Assembly: GCA_022821145.1 (NCBI GenBank)
Contig: JAJEEE010000077.1
Location: 24,795 to 88,794 of the forward strand
Length of the DNA stretch: 64,000 nucleotides
DNA from: Acidobacteriota bacterium
GTDB lineage: Bacteria; Acidobacteriota; Terriglobia; 20CM-2-55-15
Direction of reading: 5' to 3'
Position 1 is the first letter of the stretch. Each line of letters starts with the position of its first letter. The position numbers and the translations under genes were made by a program. The notes below the pieces were generated by a model that saw only the letters and a program-made list of their open reading frames with translations, did not search any database and was not told the origin of the DNA. Below are positions 9,844-18,774 of this stretch, piece after piece.

Positions 9844-10315
9844 CCGTCCACACTCCCGTCTTACGAAATGCGTTCGCCCGAACCGCCGAAGTATAGCATA
9901 GCGATGCCTGTCAAGACGCCGGTCGGAACGGCCCCGCGTCGGCATGACTGTTTCACGCCGGCAGCGGTTCGAGGCCGTTTTTTTCTTGGACCGACGCCTC
10001 GCTTCGCCACCTCCATGGCTACGCCGTGGAGGCGTCCACCCGCGGCGAGGAACGCCGCGGGTACGATCGGGAATGCAGCGACGTCTTGCGTGTGCTGCAG
10101 CGAACTTGCGGAACTCTCAGGTTGTAGTCGCGACATTGCCTCCGCGATTGCCGAGGCGGACGCCGCCGCGTCAACCCAGGAATACGGATCGCTATCAGTA
10201 CCGGTACGCACGAACGCAGCCGACGTCGTGCCGTTCAGTACCGGCACGGCATGACTTCACCCCGCCGCTCCCGGGCCGGGCGCTTGACAATTCCGCCGCG
10301 GCCGATGCAGGGTGA

Positions 10316-11323
10316 GTGCAGGCCGGGAGGAGACTTGTGGCGCCTCGGATCTTCATCACGCGCCGGGTGTTCGACGACGCGGTCCGATACCTGGAAGCGC
10401 ACGCCGAGGTGGTGGGAAACCCCACGGATCGCGTGCTCGCGCCCGCGGAGTTGAAAGACGCCGCGGCCGAATCGGACGGCCTGCTGGCGCTTCTGACGGA
10501 CCGCGTCGACTCCGAGCTTCTGGCCGCGTGCCCCCGGCTCAAGGTGGTGGCCAACTTCGCCGTGGGATACAACAACATCGACCTGGACGCCGCCGCGGCG
10601 CGAGGGGTCCTCATCACCAACACGCCGGGCGTGTTGACCGAGACGACGGCCGATTTCGCGTGGGCCCTGCTGATGGCCGCGGCGCGGCGCGTGGCCGAAG
10701 CCGACCGCTTCGTTCGGGACGGGAAGTTCCGGGCCTGGGGGCCGCGGATGCTCCTTGGGCATGACGTCCACGGCAAGACGCTCGGCCTGATCGGGATGGG
10801 GCGCATCGGCCGGTCCGTCGCCCGCCGCGCCGCCGGTTTCGGGATGCGGATCCTCTACCATGACGTGTCCGAGGTGGGTCCGGACGCCGCCGCGGATCTG
10901 AACGCGCGATGGGCGCCGATGGAGGAGGTTCTCGCCGAGGCCGACTTCGTCAGCGTGCACGTGCCGCTTCTCCCCGCGACGCGGCATCTGCTCGACGACG
11001 CGGCGTTCGCGCGGATGAAACCCCACTGCATCGTGATCAATACGTCGCGGGGACCGGTCGTGGACGAGCGGGCGCTGGTCCGCGCGCTCGGGGAGGGCCG
11101 GATCGCGGGGGCGGGCCTGGACGTCTATGAGCGGGAACCCGACATCGAGCCCGGGTTGACGGAGCTCGAGAACGTCGTCCTGGCGCCTCACATCGCCAGC
11201 GCGTCGCACGAAACGCGGCTCCGCATGTGCATGATGGCCGCCGAGAACCTGGTGGCCGGTCTGGAAGGCCGCCGCCCGCCGAATCTCGTCAACCCGGACG
11301 CATGGGACGCGACGCGCCCGTAA
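10316..11323 (+). CDS. D-isomer-specific 2-hydroxyacid dehydrogenase (glyoxylate/hydroxypyruvate reductase-like)
   Basis: NAD-binding motif GLIGMGRIGRSVARRAAGFGMRILYHD, plus catalytic-region motifs of the D-2-hydroxyacid dehydrogenase family. Confidence 0.85.
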   Translation: MQAGRRLVAPRIFITRRVFDDAVRYLEAHAEVVGNPTDRVLAPAELKDAAAESDGLLALLTDRVDSELLAACPRLKVVANFAVGYNNIDLDAAAARGVLITNTPGVLTETTADFAWALLMAAARRVAEADRFVRDGKFRAWGPRMLLGHDVHGKTLGLIGMGRIGRSVARRAAGFGMRILYHDVSEVGPDAAADLNARWAPMEEVLAEADFVSVHVPLLPATRHLLDDAAFARMKPHCIVINTSRGPVVDERALVRALGEGRIAGAGLDVYEREPDIEPGLTELENVVLAPHIASASHETRLRMCMMAAENLVAGLEGRRPPNLVNPDAWDATRP

Positions 11324-12240
11324 AACCGCCCGCCCTGGCCCCTGGGGACCTGCTGGGCATCGTGGCGCCGGCCAGCGGAGTCGACCCCGAGCTGTTGGCC
11401 GCGGGCGTCGGCGAGTTGGAGAGCCTGGGTTTCCGGACGCGCTGCCGCGACGATATCCGGACCGTCGAGGGATACCTGGCCGGCGGCCTCGGACGGCGCC
11501 GCGACGAGTTGATCGAGATGCTGGAGGACCCGGACGTCAACGGCGTCATCTGCGCCCGCGGCGGGTACGGCAGCGGGCACCTGCTGGACGCGCTCGATCC
11601 TTCCCGGTTGCGCCGCGCGGCGAAGGTCTTCTGCGGCGCCAGCGACATCACCATGTTGCTGGCGGCGTTCGCGCGCGCCGGCGTCGTCGCCTTCCACGGC
11701 CCGATGGTGGCCACGACGATGCGGCTCGGGCCGGCCGGCTACGACCGGGACCTGATGATGCGGATGCTCATCGACGGCGAGGCGGTGGAGTTCGAAACGG
11801 CCGGATGCCGGATCCTCCGGCCCGGGCGCGCGAAGGGCCGCCTGACCGGCGGGTGCCTGTCCCTGATCGTGTCGACGCTGGCGACGGACTGGGAGATGGA
11901 CACGCGGGACGCCATCCTCGTCGTCGAGGACATCGACACCCGGCCGTACCAGATCGACCGCATGCTCACGCACTTGAGGCAGGCGGGGAAACTGGACCGC
12001 GTGCGCGGGTTCGTGTTCGGCGAGATGCCCGGGTGCGACCCGCCTCCCGGGGCCGGGTACACGACGGAGGACGTGATCCGCTGGCGGCTGTCGGACCTGG
12101 GCGCGCCGATCCTGTACGGGTTTCCCACGGGACACGCGTCGAGGCCCAACGCAGTCGTTCCGTTCGGCGTCGAGGCGGAGCTCGCTCTCGATTCGGGCGC
12201 GGTGTTCCGGCTGCTGGAGTCGGCGGTCGAGGGGCGTTGA
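11302..12240 (+). CDS. ldcA: LD-carboxypeptidase (peptidase S66, murein tetrapeptide carboxypeptidase)
   Basis: LAPGDLLGIVAPASG ... GVICARGGYGSGHLLD ... VFCGASDITML are S66 family motifs. The start is trimmed to ATG 11302. Confidence 0.8.
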   Translation: MGRDAPVKPPALAPGDLLGIVAPASGVDPELLAAGVGELESLGFRTRCRDDIRTVEGYLAGGLGRRRDELIEMLEDPDVNGVICARGGYGSGHLLDALDPSRLRRAAKVFCGASDITMLLAAFARAGVVAFHGPMVATTMRLGPAGYDRDLMMRMLIDGEAVEFETAGCRILRPGRAKGRLTGGCLSLIVSTLATDWEMDTRDAILVVEDIDTRPYQIDRMLTHLRQAGKLDRVRGFVFGEMPGCDPPPGAGYTTEDVIRWRLSDLGAPILYGFPTGHASRPNAVVPFGVEAELALDSGAVFRLLESAVEGR

Positions 12241-12243
12241 ACC

Positions 12244-13680
12244 ATGCGCGTCCCTGCAACCATGCCGGAGCCGCCGGGGGCGATATTCCTCTCCGCGATC
12301 TGCGGCACGGCCATGGCGTCGCTGGCCGGGATGCTCAAGGAATCCGGGTACGAGGTCGCCGGCTCCGACGACGCCGTGTACCCTCCGATGTCGGTGTTCC
12401 TCCGGGAATCGGGAATACCCGTCTTCGAGGGATTCTCCGAGGCCAACGTTCGCCGAACGCGTCCCGACCTGGTCATCGTCGGCAACACGCTGTCCCGCGG
12501 CAATCCCGAAGTGGAGTACGTCCTGAACGAGGGCATTCGCTACGCGTCGATGGCCGAGACGGTCAAGGAGCTGTTCATCCGGGGGCGGCGGTCGATCGTC
12601 GTGTCCGGGACGCACGGCAAGACGACGACCACGGCGATGGTGGCGTGGATGCTCGAAGCGGCCGGGCGTTCCCCGTCCGTTCTCGTCGGCGGCATGACCG
12701 GGAACTTCGGCCGCGGCTACAAGCTGGGAACGGGCCCGGAGTTCGTCATCGAAGGCGACGAGTACGATACGGCGTTCTTCGACAAGGGGCCCAAGTTCCT
12801 GCACTACCTTCCGAACATCGCCCTGGTCAACAACATCGAGTTCGACCATGCCGACATCTATCCCGACCTGGAGTCGATCCGGCGCGCGTTCCGCCGCATG
12901 ATGAACATCGTGCCGGGGAACGGGTTGATCGTCGCCGGCACGGACAGCCCCGGGGTCGGGGACCTGCTCGGCGGCCTTCATGCGCGCGTCGCGTCGTTCG
13001 GCGTCGGTTCCGGCGAGTGGCGCGCCGGGAACATGGCGGCGGAGGGCGGCGGGACCGCGTTCGACGTGATTCGGGAGGGACGCTTCTGGCGCCGCTTCAC
13101 GATGCCCCTGATCGGGGAGTTCAACGTCCGGAACGCGCTGGGCGCCATGATCGCGGCCGACGAGATCGGCCTGACTCCGGACGCGATTCAGGAGGGGTTG
13201 CGGTCGTTCAAGGGCGTGCGGCGGCGCCTGGAAGTCGTCGGCCAGGCGCGGGGCGTGACCGTGTACGATGACTTCGCGCATCATCCCACGGCGGTCGAGG
13301 AGACGCTCCGGGCGGTTCGCGCCCGGTTTCCGGAAGCGCGCGTGTGGGCCGTATTCGAGCCCCGGTCGCAGACGGCGCGCCGGCGCGTCTTCGAGGACCG
13401 TTTCGCGGCCGCGCTCGGGGGCGCCGACGTCGCCGTGATCGCGGCCCCGTTCCGGACGGCCCACCTGGCGGCCGAAGACGTGATTCGGCCGGGAGCGATG
13501 GTCGAGCGGATACGCGAGGGCGGCGGGCGGGCGCACGCGTTCGACTCGGCGGGCGAGATCGTCGAGTTCGTTTCCGGCGAGGCGGGCCCGGGCGATCGCG
13601 TCGTCGTCATGTCCAACGGCGGATTCGAAAACGTCCACCGGCGCATCCTCGATGCGCTCGACGGGGAACGGCATGACTGA
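12244..13680 (+). CDS. mpl: UDP-N-acetylmuramate:L-alanyl-gamma-D-glutamyl-meso-DAP ligase (murein peptide ligase)
   Basis: N-terminus IFLSAICGTAMASLAGMLKESGYEVAGSD and Mur-ligase central/C-terminal motifs. Sits next to ldcA, the usual peptidoglycan-recycling pair. The true start may be the Met 6 codons downstream. Confidence 0.8.
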   Translation: MRVPATMPEPPGAIFLSAICGTAMASLAGMLKESGYEVAGSDDAVYPPMSVFLRESGIPVFEGFSEANVRRTRPDLVIVGNTLSRGNPEVEYVLNEGIRYASMAETVKELFIRGRRSIVVSGTHGKTTTTAMVAWMLEAAGRSPSVLVGGMTGNFGRGYKLGTGPEFVIEGDEYDTAFFDKGPKFLHYLPNIALVNNIEFDHADIYPDLESIRRAFRRMMNIVPGNGLIVAGTDSPGVGDLLGGLHARVASFGVGSGEWRAGNMAAEGGGTAFDVIREGRFWRRFTMPLIGEFNVRNALGAMIAADEIGLTPDAIQEGLRSFKGVRRRLEVVGQARGVTVYDDFAHHPTAVEETLRAVRARFPEARVWAVFEPRSQTARRRVFEDRFAAALGGADVAVIAAPFRTAHLAAEDVIRPGAMVERIREGGGRAHAFDSAGEIVEFVSGEAGPGDRVVVMSNGGFENVHRRILDALDGERHD

Positions 13681-14086
13681 CACCGACCACGCGTCCCTGA
13701 TCTACACGCTGATCTGCGACGATGTCCGCATCGAGATGGGCAACAAGATGTCGCTGATGGGCATCTTCCAGAACATCGTGCTGCCGCAGTTTCCGGCCAC
13801 GGTGATCAAGTTCGCCGTCGTGAACCACTGGGAAGGGGCGGGGACGTACACGTCGGAGCTGCGCGTCGTGGGGCCGGGCGGTCGCGAAACGGTCCGCTCG
13901 CGCCCGACTTCGTTCAAGATCGGCATCGGGGGCCGCGCCGACAACGTGACGTTCTTCACGAACGTGACGTTCCAGACACCCGGCGCCTACACGATCCAGG
14001 TGGTGTTGTCCGGCGAGGTGGTCGGGGAGACGCAGCTCCAGCTTCGGCAACTCCGGCCCGAACCCACGATGGGCGCGATCAACTAG
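13673..14086 (+). CDS. hypothetical protein (137 aa), start overlaps the mpl stop
   Basis: ATG at 13673 lies 8 nt inside the mpl 3' end. Non-repetitive, beta-rich sequence (YTLICDDVRIEMGNKMSLMGIF...NVTFFTNVTFQTPGAYTIQVV). No family recognised. Confidence 0.5.
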   Translation: MTDTDHASLIYTLICDDVRIEMGNKMSLMGIFQNIVLPQFPATVIKFAVVNHWEGAGTYTSELRVVGPGGRETVRSRPTSFKIGIGGRADNVTFFTNVTFQTPGAYTIQVVLSGEVVGETQLQLRQLRPEPTMGAIN

Positions 14087-14618
14087 CGAGCGCGGCGGCG
14101 ACGGCCATCGAGAAGTCCCGCGCCTCGGCCGGCCCTTCCGCCATGATCAGCTTGCCGTCGACGATCAGCCGGTCGCCGACGTACCGCGCGCCGCCGGTCC
14201 GGAGCTCCTCGATGGCCTCGGGCAGGTAGTAGACGGTGGCGCTCTTTCCCTCGAGCAGGCTGGCCTTGGCCAGAACGACCGTCGAGAGCGAGATCGCGGC
14301 AATGACCTTCCCGGCCTCGGCCATCTTCGAAACCAGCTCGGCCAGCGCCGCGTTCTTCCAGAACAGCGCCGGCACGGACGCGCCGCCGGCGATGACGAGG
14401 CCGTCGTGCGCGTCGGGATCGACCTCGCCGATCGCGAGGGTGGCGTCGATCATGCCGTCGCGCATGCCCCGGCACGGGCCCGCCGCGGTCGACGCCGGGT
14501 GGACGGCGGCGCCTTCCGCTTCCAGGACGCGCCGGGGCTCGAAGACTTCCTCTTCCCGAAACTGCGTTTTCGGTACGACCAGCACGACGCTCATTCCCGC
14601 CAACCGCTTCTCCGCCAT
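14079..14618 (-). CDS. DJ-1/PfpI family protein (class I glutamine amidotransferase-like)
   Basis: The C-terminal 179 aa of track ORF 14079..15389 reads MAEKRLAGMSVVLVVPKTQFREEEVFEPRRVLEAEGAAVH...GLVIAGGASVPALFWKNAALAELV, matching the DJ-1/PfpI fold. The rest of that track ORF is a low-complexity artefact. Confidence 0.7.
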   Translation of the reverse strand: MAEKRLAGMSVVLVVPKTQFREEEVFEPRRVLEAEGAAVHPASTAAGPCRGMRDGMIDATLAIGEVDPDAHDGLVIAGGASVPALFWKNAALAELVSKMAEAGKVIAAISLSTVVLAKASLLEGKSATVYYLPEAIEELRTGGARYVGDRLIVDGKLIMAEGPAEARDFSMAVAAALAS

Positions 14619-14687
14619 CCGCGATGTCCTCCGTTGTGGCCGGTCATTATACCCTGCTAGAATTCCGGCCGGACAGGCGGCCGGCTC

Positions 14688-15437
14688 ATGATCGACTACA
14701 AGACTCCCGAAGAAATCGAGAAGATGCGCGTCCCCGCGCAGATCGACGCGGAGGTGCTCGCCATCGTCCGCGGGCACTGCGTCGACGGCGTGACGACGTA
14801 CGACCTGGACCGGATCGCCGAAGAGGAAACGCTCAAGCGGGGCGGGCGGCCGACGTTCAAGGGATACCGCGGCTTCCCGAACTCGCTGTGCGTTTCCGTC
14901 AATCACGAGGTGGTCCACGGCATCCCGTCCAGGAAACGCGTGCTCCGGAACGGCGACGTGATCGGCATCGACTTCGGCGTCACCTACGGCGGGTTCATCG
15001 GCGACCACGCCATGACGGTGCCGGTCGGGACGGTGTCGGCCGATCTGCTGAAACTGCTCGAGGTGACCGAGCGCTCGTTGTGGAACGGCATCGAGCAGGC
15101 GCGGCCGGGTAACCACCTGGCCGACATATCGGCCGGGATCGAGTCGACGATCACGCCCCATGGGTACGGCATCGTGAAGGAGCTGTGCGGCCACGGCATC
15201 GGCCGCGACCTGCACGAGGATCCACCGGTCCTCAACTACGTGCAGAACGGGCGCGGTCCACGGCTCAAGGCCGGCCTGGTCCTGGCGCTGGAGCCGATGG
15301 TCAACCTGGGGACCGAGAAGGTCCGCACGCTGAAGGACGGCTGGACCGTCGTGACCGTGGACGAGAAACCGTCGGCCCACTTCGAGCACACCGTGGCGAT
15401 CACCGAGGCGGGGCCACGGGTTCTGACGCGGCTGTGA
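14688..15437 (+). CDS. map: type I methionine aminopeptidase
   Basis: MIDYKTPEEIEKMRVPAQI...GYRGFPNSLCVSVNHEVVHGIPS...HGIGRDLHEDP is a canonical MetAP-I. Confidence 0.9.
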   Translation: MIDYKTPEEIEKMRVPAQIDAEVLAIVRGHCVDGVTTYDLDRIAEEETLKRGGRPTFKGYRGFPNSLCVSVNHEVVHGIPSRKRVLRNGDVIGIDFGVTYGGFIGDHAMTVPVGTVSADLLKLLEVTERSLWNGIEQARPGNHLADISAGIESTITPHGYGIVKELCGHGIGRDLHEDPPVLNYVQNGRGPRLKAGLVLALEPMVNLGTEKVRTLKDGWTVVTVDEKPSAHFEHTVAITEAGPRVLTRL

Positions 15438-15494
15438 CGGGCGCGGCGGAATGAATTATAATGGTGGAGGATCGTCCGCGGGCGGTCCTTCGAC

Positions 15495-15567
15495 GGGCGG
15501 TTAGCTCAGCTGGGAGAGCGCGGCGTTCGCAATGCCGAGGTCGAGGGTTCGATCCCCTTACCGTCCA
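15495..15567 (+). tRNA. tRNA-Ala (anticodon CGC)
   Basis: Cloverleaf: acceptor GGGCGGT/ACCGTCC with the G3:U70 alanine identity pair, D-arm GCTC-AGCTGGGA-GAGC, anticodon stem CGGCG/TGCCG with loop TTCGCAA (anticodon CGC), T-arm with GGTTCGATCC, discriminator A. No CCA is encoded. Confidence 0.85.
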
Positions 15568-15590
15568 CTACACCGCGCGATTCGGACTCC

Positions 15591-16379
15591 CTAATCTTTG
15601 GACTTTTTCCGCTTCCAACCCACGACGTACGACACCATCACGCCGATCAGGTAGAGCAGGATCATCGGCCCCGCGAAGAGCATCATCGTGGGAATGTCTC
15701 CGGTCGGCGTAATGATCGCCGCAACGATCAAGGCGATCAGGACCGCGTACTGCGTGTTGCGCAGCAGGAAACCGGGAGTGACCAGACCCATGCGGGTCAT
15801 GACGAAAACTATGGGCGGGATCTGGAACACGACCGCCAAGCCCACTTCGATCGCCAAAAAGAAGTTGAAATATCGTGGGCCATCGATGAAGGGAGCCATG
15901 CCGGCCTGCTGCCCCATCCTGAAAAGGAACTCCAGCGTACGCGGGAAGGCGATGTAATAACCGAACGCCGCGCCCAGGAACGCGAGGACGGTCCCGAACA
16001 GGACGAACGGAATGGCGTAGCGCCGTTCGTGCCGGTAGAGACCGGGCGCGATGAAGAGCCAGACCTGCGCCAGGATGAACGGTGAGGCCAACAGGATCGC
16101 CGCGAAGAAGGCGGTCTTGATCAGGATGGTGAACCCCCCGGTCGCGTCGGTGAAGATCAACTGCTGGTTCCCGGCGCCGGACTCCTCGAGGGCCGTCAGG
16201 ACGGGGTAGGAAAGGAACTGAAAGATGTCCTCGACGAACACCCAGCACACGCCGAATGCGACACCGATCGCGATGAGGCTCCGTAGGATGCGCGAGCGCA
16301 GTTCCTCGAGGTGATCGAGGAACGACATGTGTCCGGAGAGCTGCGACTCCAGATCTTCTTCCGGGGAGCGGGCCGACAT
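15591..16379 (-). CDS. tatC: twin-arginine translocase subunit TatC
   Basis: MSFLDHLEELRSRILRSLIAIGVAFGVCWVF... is a typical TatC. It abuts the tatA stop with no gap. Confidence 0.9.
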   Translation of the reverse strand: MSARSPEEDLESQLSGHMSFLDHLEELRSRILRSLIAIGVAFGVCWVFVEDIFQFLSYPVLTALEESGAGNQQLIFTDATGGFTILIKTAFFAAILLASPFILAQVWLFIAPGLYRHERRYAIPFVLFGTVLAFLGAAFGYYIAFPRTLEFLFRMGQQAGMAPFIDGPRYFNFFLAIEVGLAVVFQIPPIVFVMTRMGLVTPGFLLRNTQYAVLIALIVAAIITPTGDIPTMMLFAGPMILLYLIGVMVSYVVGWKRKKSKD

Positions 16380-16721
16380 CTAGGCAGACGGCTCGGAGGG
16401 GGCGTTGTCGGTTTTCGACTTGTCCGGCGGCGGCGCCTTGGAATCCGTCTTCGAAGACGGCGGCTCGTCCTTGATGCTGTTCTGGAGGTCCTTCTCGATG
16501 TCCCGGCCCATGTTCCGGACGTCGCGCGTCGCGCTCTTCACCTCGCGGTCGATGTCGCGAACCTGGTCCTCCCAACCGGCCTTGAGATCGTTGGTGGCGC
16601 GCCGGAACTCGCGCATTCCCTTGCCGAGCGACCGGCCCAGCTCCGGAAGCTTCCGAGGGCCGAACACGAGCAGCGCGACGACGAAGATCAACATCAACTC
16701 CATCATACCCAACTGGCCCAT
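16380..16721 (-). CDS. tatA: twin-arginine translocase TatA/TatB-family subunit
   Basis: MGQLGMMELMLIFVVALLVFGPRKLPELGRSLGKGMREFRRA matches the TatA TM helix plus amphipathic helix. The start is trimmed from the track ORF to that Met. Confidence 0.8.
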   Translation of the reverse strand: MGQLGMMELMLIFVVALLVFGPRKLPELGRSLGKGMREFRRATNDLKAGWEDQVRDIDREVKSATRDVRNMGRDIEKDLQNSIKDEPPSSKTDSKAPPPDKSKTDNAPSEPSA

Positions 16722-16924
16722 GGACGGTTCCTCCAACTGCCGACGACGCGTTCATCATATCGATCGAAGGGAAATCGCGTCAAACGCAAAGTGGACGCGA
16801 AGAAGTCCGCGGCGGCGCTCTGAGCCACAGAAAACAAACGGCTTGACGGCAGGAACGACGATTCGAGGTCTGCTATGATCGACCCCCGCCGGGCGGGAGC
16901 CCCGGCGGGGTCGACAGCGCTCCG

Positions 16925-17992
16925 ATGCATACGATCACATTGAGGCTCAAGACCGCGCGATCGCGCATCGTGGTGGGCGGCGGCGTGTACGGCCGTCTCG
17001 GAGCATTGCTCCGGGAGGAGGGGATGGACGGGCCGTTCCTGGTGGTGTCCCAGCCCCGGATCGCGGCGGCCGTCGACATGCCCCGGCTCCGCATCGGCCA
17101 CGTCGCGCTGGTTCCCGACGGCGAGCGGGCCAAGACGCTCCGCACGGTCGAACGGCTGCTGGACCGCATGCTGGAGTTGGGGATGACGCGCCAGTCGACC
17201 GTCATCGCGTTGGGGGGCGGCGTCGTCGGCGACGTCGCCGGGTTCGCCGGCTCGGTCTTCCTGAGGGGCGTGTCCGTCGTGCAGGTGCCCACGACGCTCC
17301 TGGCGCAGGTCGACTCCAGCGTGGGCGGGAAGACGGGGGTCAATCACCGGCGGGGCAAGAACCTGATCGGATCCTTCCACCAGCCGCGCCTCGTCGTGAC
17401 CGACCCCGGCCTGCTGGCCACGTTGCCGGACCGCGACTACCGGAGCGGCCTGTACGAAACGCTCAAGTACGGCGTGATCCGCGACCGCGTCCTGTTCCGC
17501 ATTCTCGAGAGCCGTGCCGAAGCGGTCGCGGCGCGCGACCCCGCCCTGATCGAAGAGCTGGTGCGCCGTTCCGTCGCCATCAAGGCGCGCGTGGTGGCCG
17601 CCGACGAGCGGGAAGGGGATCTGCGCCGCATCCTGAACTTCGGTCACACCATCGGGCACGCCATCGAGACCGCTCTCGGTTATCGCGCCGTACGCCACGG
17701 CGAGGCCGTGGGCCACGGCATGATCGGAGCCGCGCGGATCGCCTCCGGAATGGGACTGCTCGACGACGCCGAACGGTCGCGCATCGAGGCCGCGATCGGT
17801 TCGATCGGCAAGCTGCCCGCCATTTCGCGGTTGTCGTCCGAGGCGTTGCTCGAAGCCATGCGGCACGACAAGAAGGTGCGCGGCGGGCGGTTGCACTTCG
17901 TCCTTCCGGAGCGGATCGGCGCGGTGACCATGCGGGCGGACGTTCCCGTGCGACTGGTCCGTTCCGTTCTCCGCGGGCTCGGCGCGGCATGA
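16925..17992 (+). CDS. aroB: 3-dehydroquinate synthase
   Basis: GGGVVGDVAGFAGSVFLRGVSVVQVPTTLLAQVDSSVGGKTGVNH is the AroB signature. Confidence 0.9.
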   Translation: MHTITLRLKTARSRIVVGGGVYGRLGALLREEGMDGPFLVVSQPRIAAAVDMPRLRIGHVALVPDGERAKTLRTVERLLDRMLELGMTRQSTVIALGGGVVGDVAGFAGSVFLRGVSVVQVPTTLLAQVDSSVGGKTGVNHRRGKNLIGSFHQPRLVVTDPGLLATLPDRDYRSGLYETLKYGVIRDRVLFRILESRAEAVAARDPALIEELVRRSVAIKARVVAADEREGDLRRILNFGHTIGHAIETALGYRAVRHGEAVGHGMIGAARIASGMGLLDDAERSRIEAAIGSIGKLPAISRLSSEALLEAMRHDKKVRGGRLHFVLPERIGAVTMRADVPVRLVRSVLRGLGAA

Positions 17993-18774
17993 CGTCTTCG
18001 CTGGAACCGGAACCCTACCGCGGCCCGGACCCGCGCGCGGTGCGCGGCATGTTCGGCGCCATCGCCCACCGCTACGACCTGCTCAACCATCTCCTCTCGG
18101 CGTCCATCGACCGTTACTGGCGCGGGCGGGCCGTATCGTTGCTCGCGTCGCACTCGCCCGGGCCGGGCGATCGGTGCCTGGACCTCTGCACGGGGACCGG
18201 CGACCTGGCGATCGCGATCGCGCGGCGGCTGCGCATGGAGACCGTCGGTTCGGACTTCTGTCATGCGATGCTGGTGGAGTCGGTCCGCAAGACGCGCCGT
18301 TTCCCGAGCGATCCTCGCGTCCGCGTCGCCGAAGCGGACGCCCAGTCCCTGCCGTTCGCCGCCAGCTCGTTCCGTTTCGCGACCGTGGCGTTCGGAATCC
18401 GGAACGTGGAGTCCCCGGAAACGGTTCTGGCCGAGATCCACCGGGTTCTGGTTCCGGGAGGCGTCGCGGTCATCCTGGAGTTCTCCAAGCCCACCGTGCC
18501 GGGTTTCCGTGCGGTCTTCGATCTCTACTTCAAGCACGTCCTGCCAAGGGTGGGGGCGTGGGTCTCGGGCGTGGAGGGGCCCTACCAGTACCTGCCGGCG
18601 TCGGTCGGGCGCTTTCCGTCACGGGAAGGCCTGGCCGCCATGGTCGGCGCGGCCGGTTTCCGCGACGTCCGGTACCGGAACCTGACCGGCGGCGTCGCCG
18701 CGCTGCACTGGGGCGCGAAACCACATACGCCGACCGGCGAGGGTCATCCCGGCGGAAACGCGCCGTCCAGGTAG
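17989..18774 (+). CDS. ubiE: demethylmenaquinone / ubiquinone C-methyltransferase (UbiE/MenG family)
   Basis: GMFGAIAHRYDLLNHLLS...LDLCTGTGDLAIAIA...VAFGIRNVE are class I SAM methyltransferase motifs of the UbiE type. Overlaps the aroB stop. Confidence 0.85.
   Translation: MTSSLEPEPYRGPDPRAVRGMFGAIAHRYDLLNHLLSASIDRYWRGRAVSLLASHSPGPGDRCLDLCTGTGDLAIAIARRLRMETVGSDFCHAMLVESVRKTRRFPSDPRVRVAEADAQSLPFAASSFRFATVAFGIRNVESPETVLAEIHRVLVPGGVAVILEFSKPTVPGFRAVFDLYFKHVLPRVGAWVSGVEGPYQYLPASVGRFPSREGLAAMVGAAGFRDVRYRNLTGGVAALHWGAKPHTPTGEGHPGGNAPSR

Noticed and set aside
9861-10315. ORFs 9861..10247 (minus, 128 aa) and 9944..10315 (plus, 123 aa) in the long spacer
   Set aside because: Both are Arg/Ala/Pro-rich with no recognisable motifs and non-ATG (GTG) starts. 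They overlap each other and were not called as genes. The region is kept as an intergenic finding instead.
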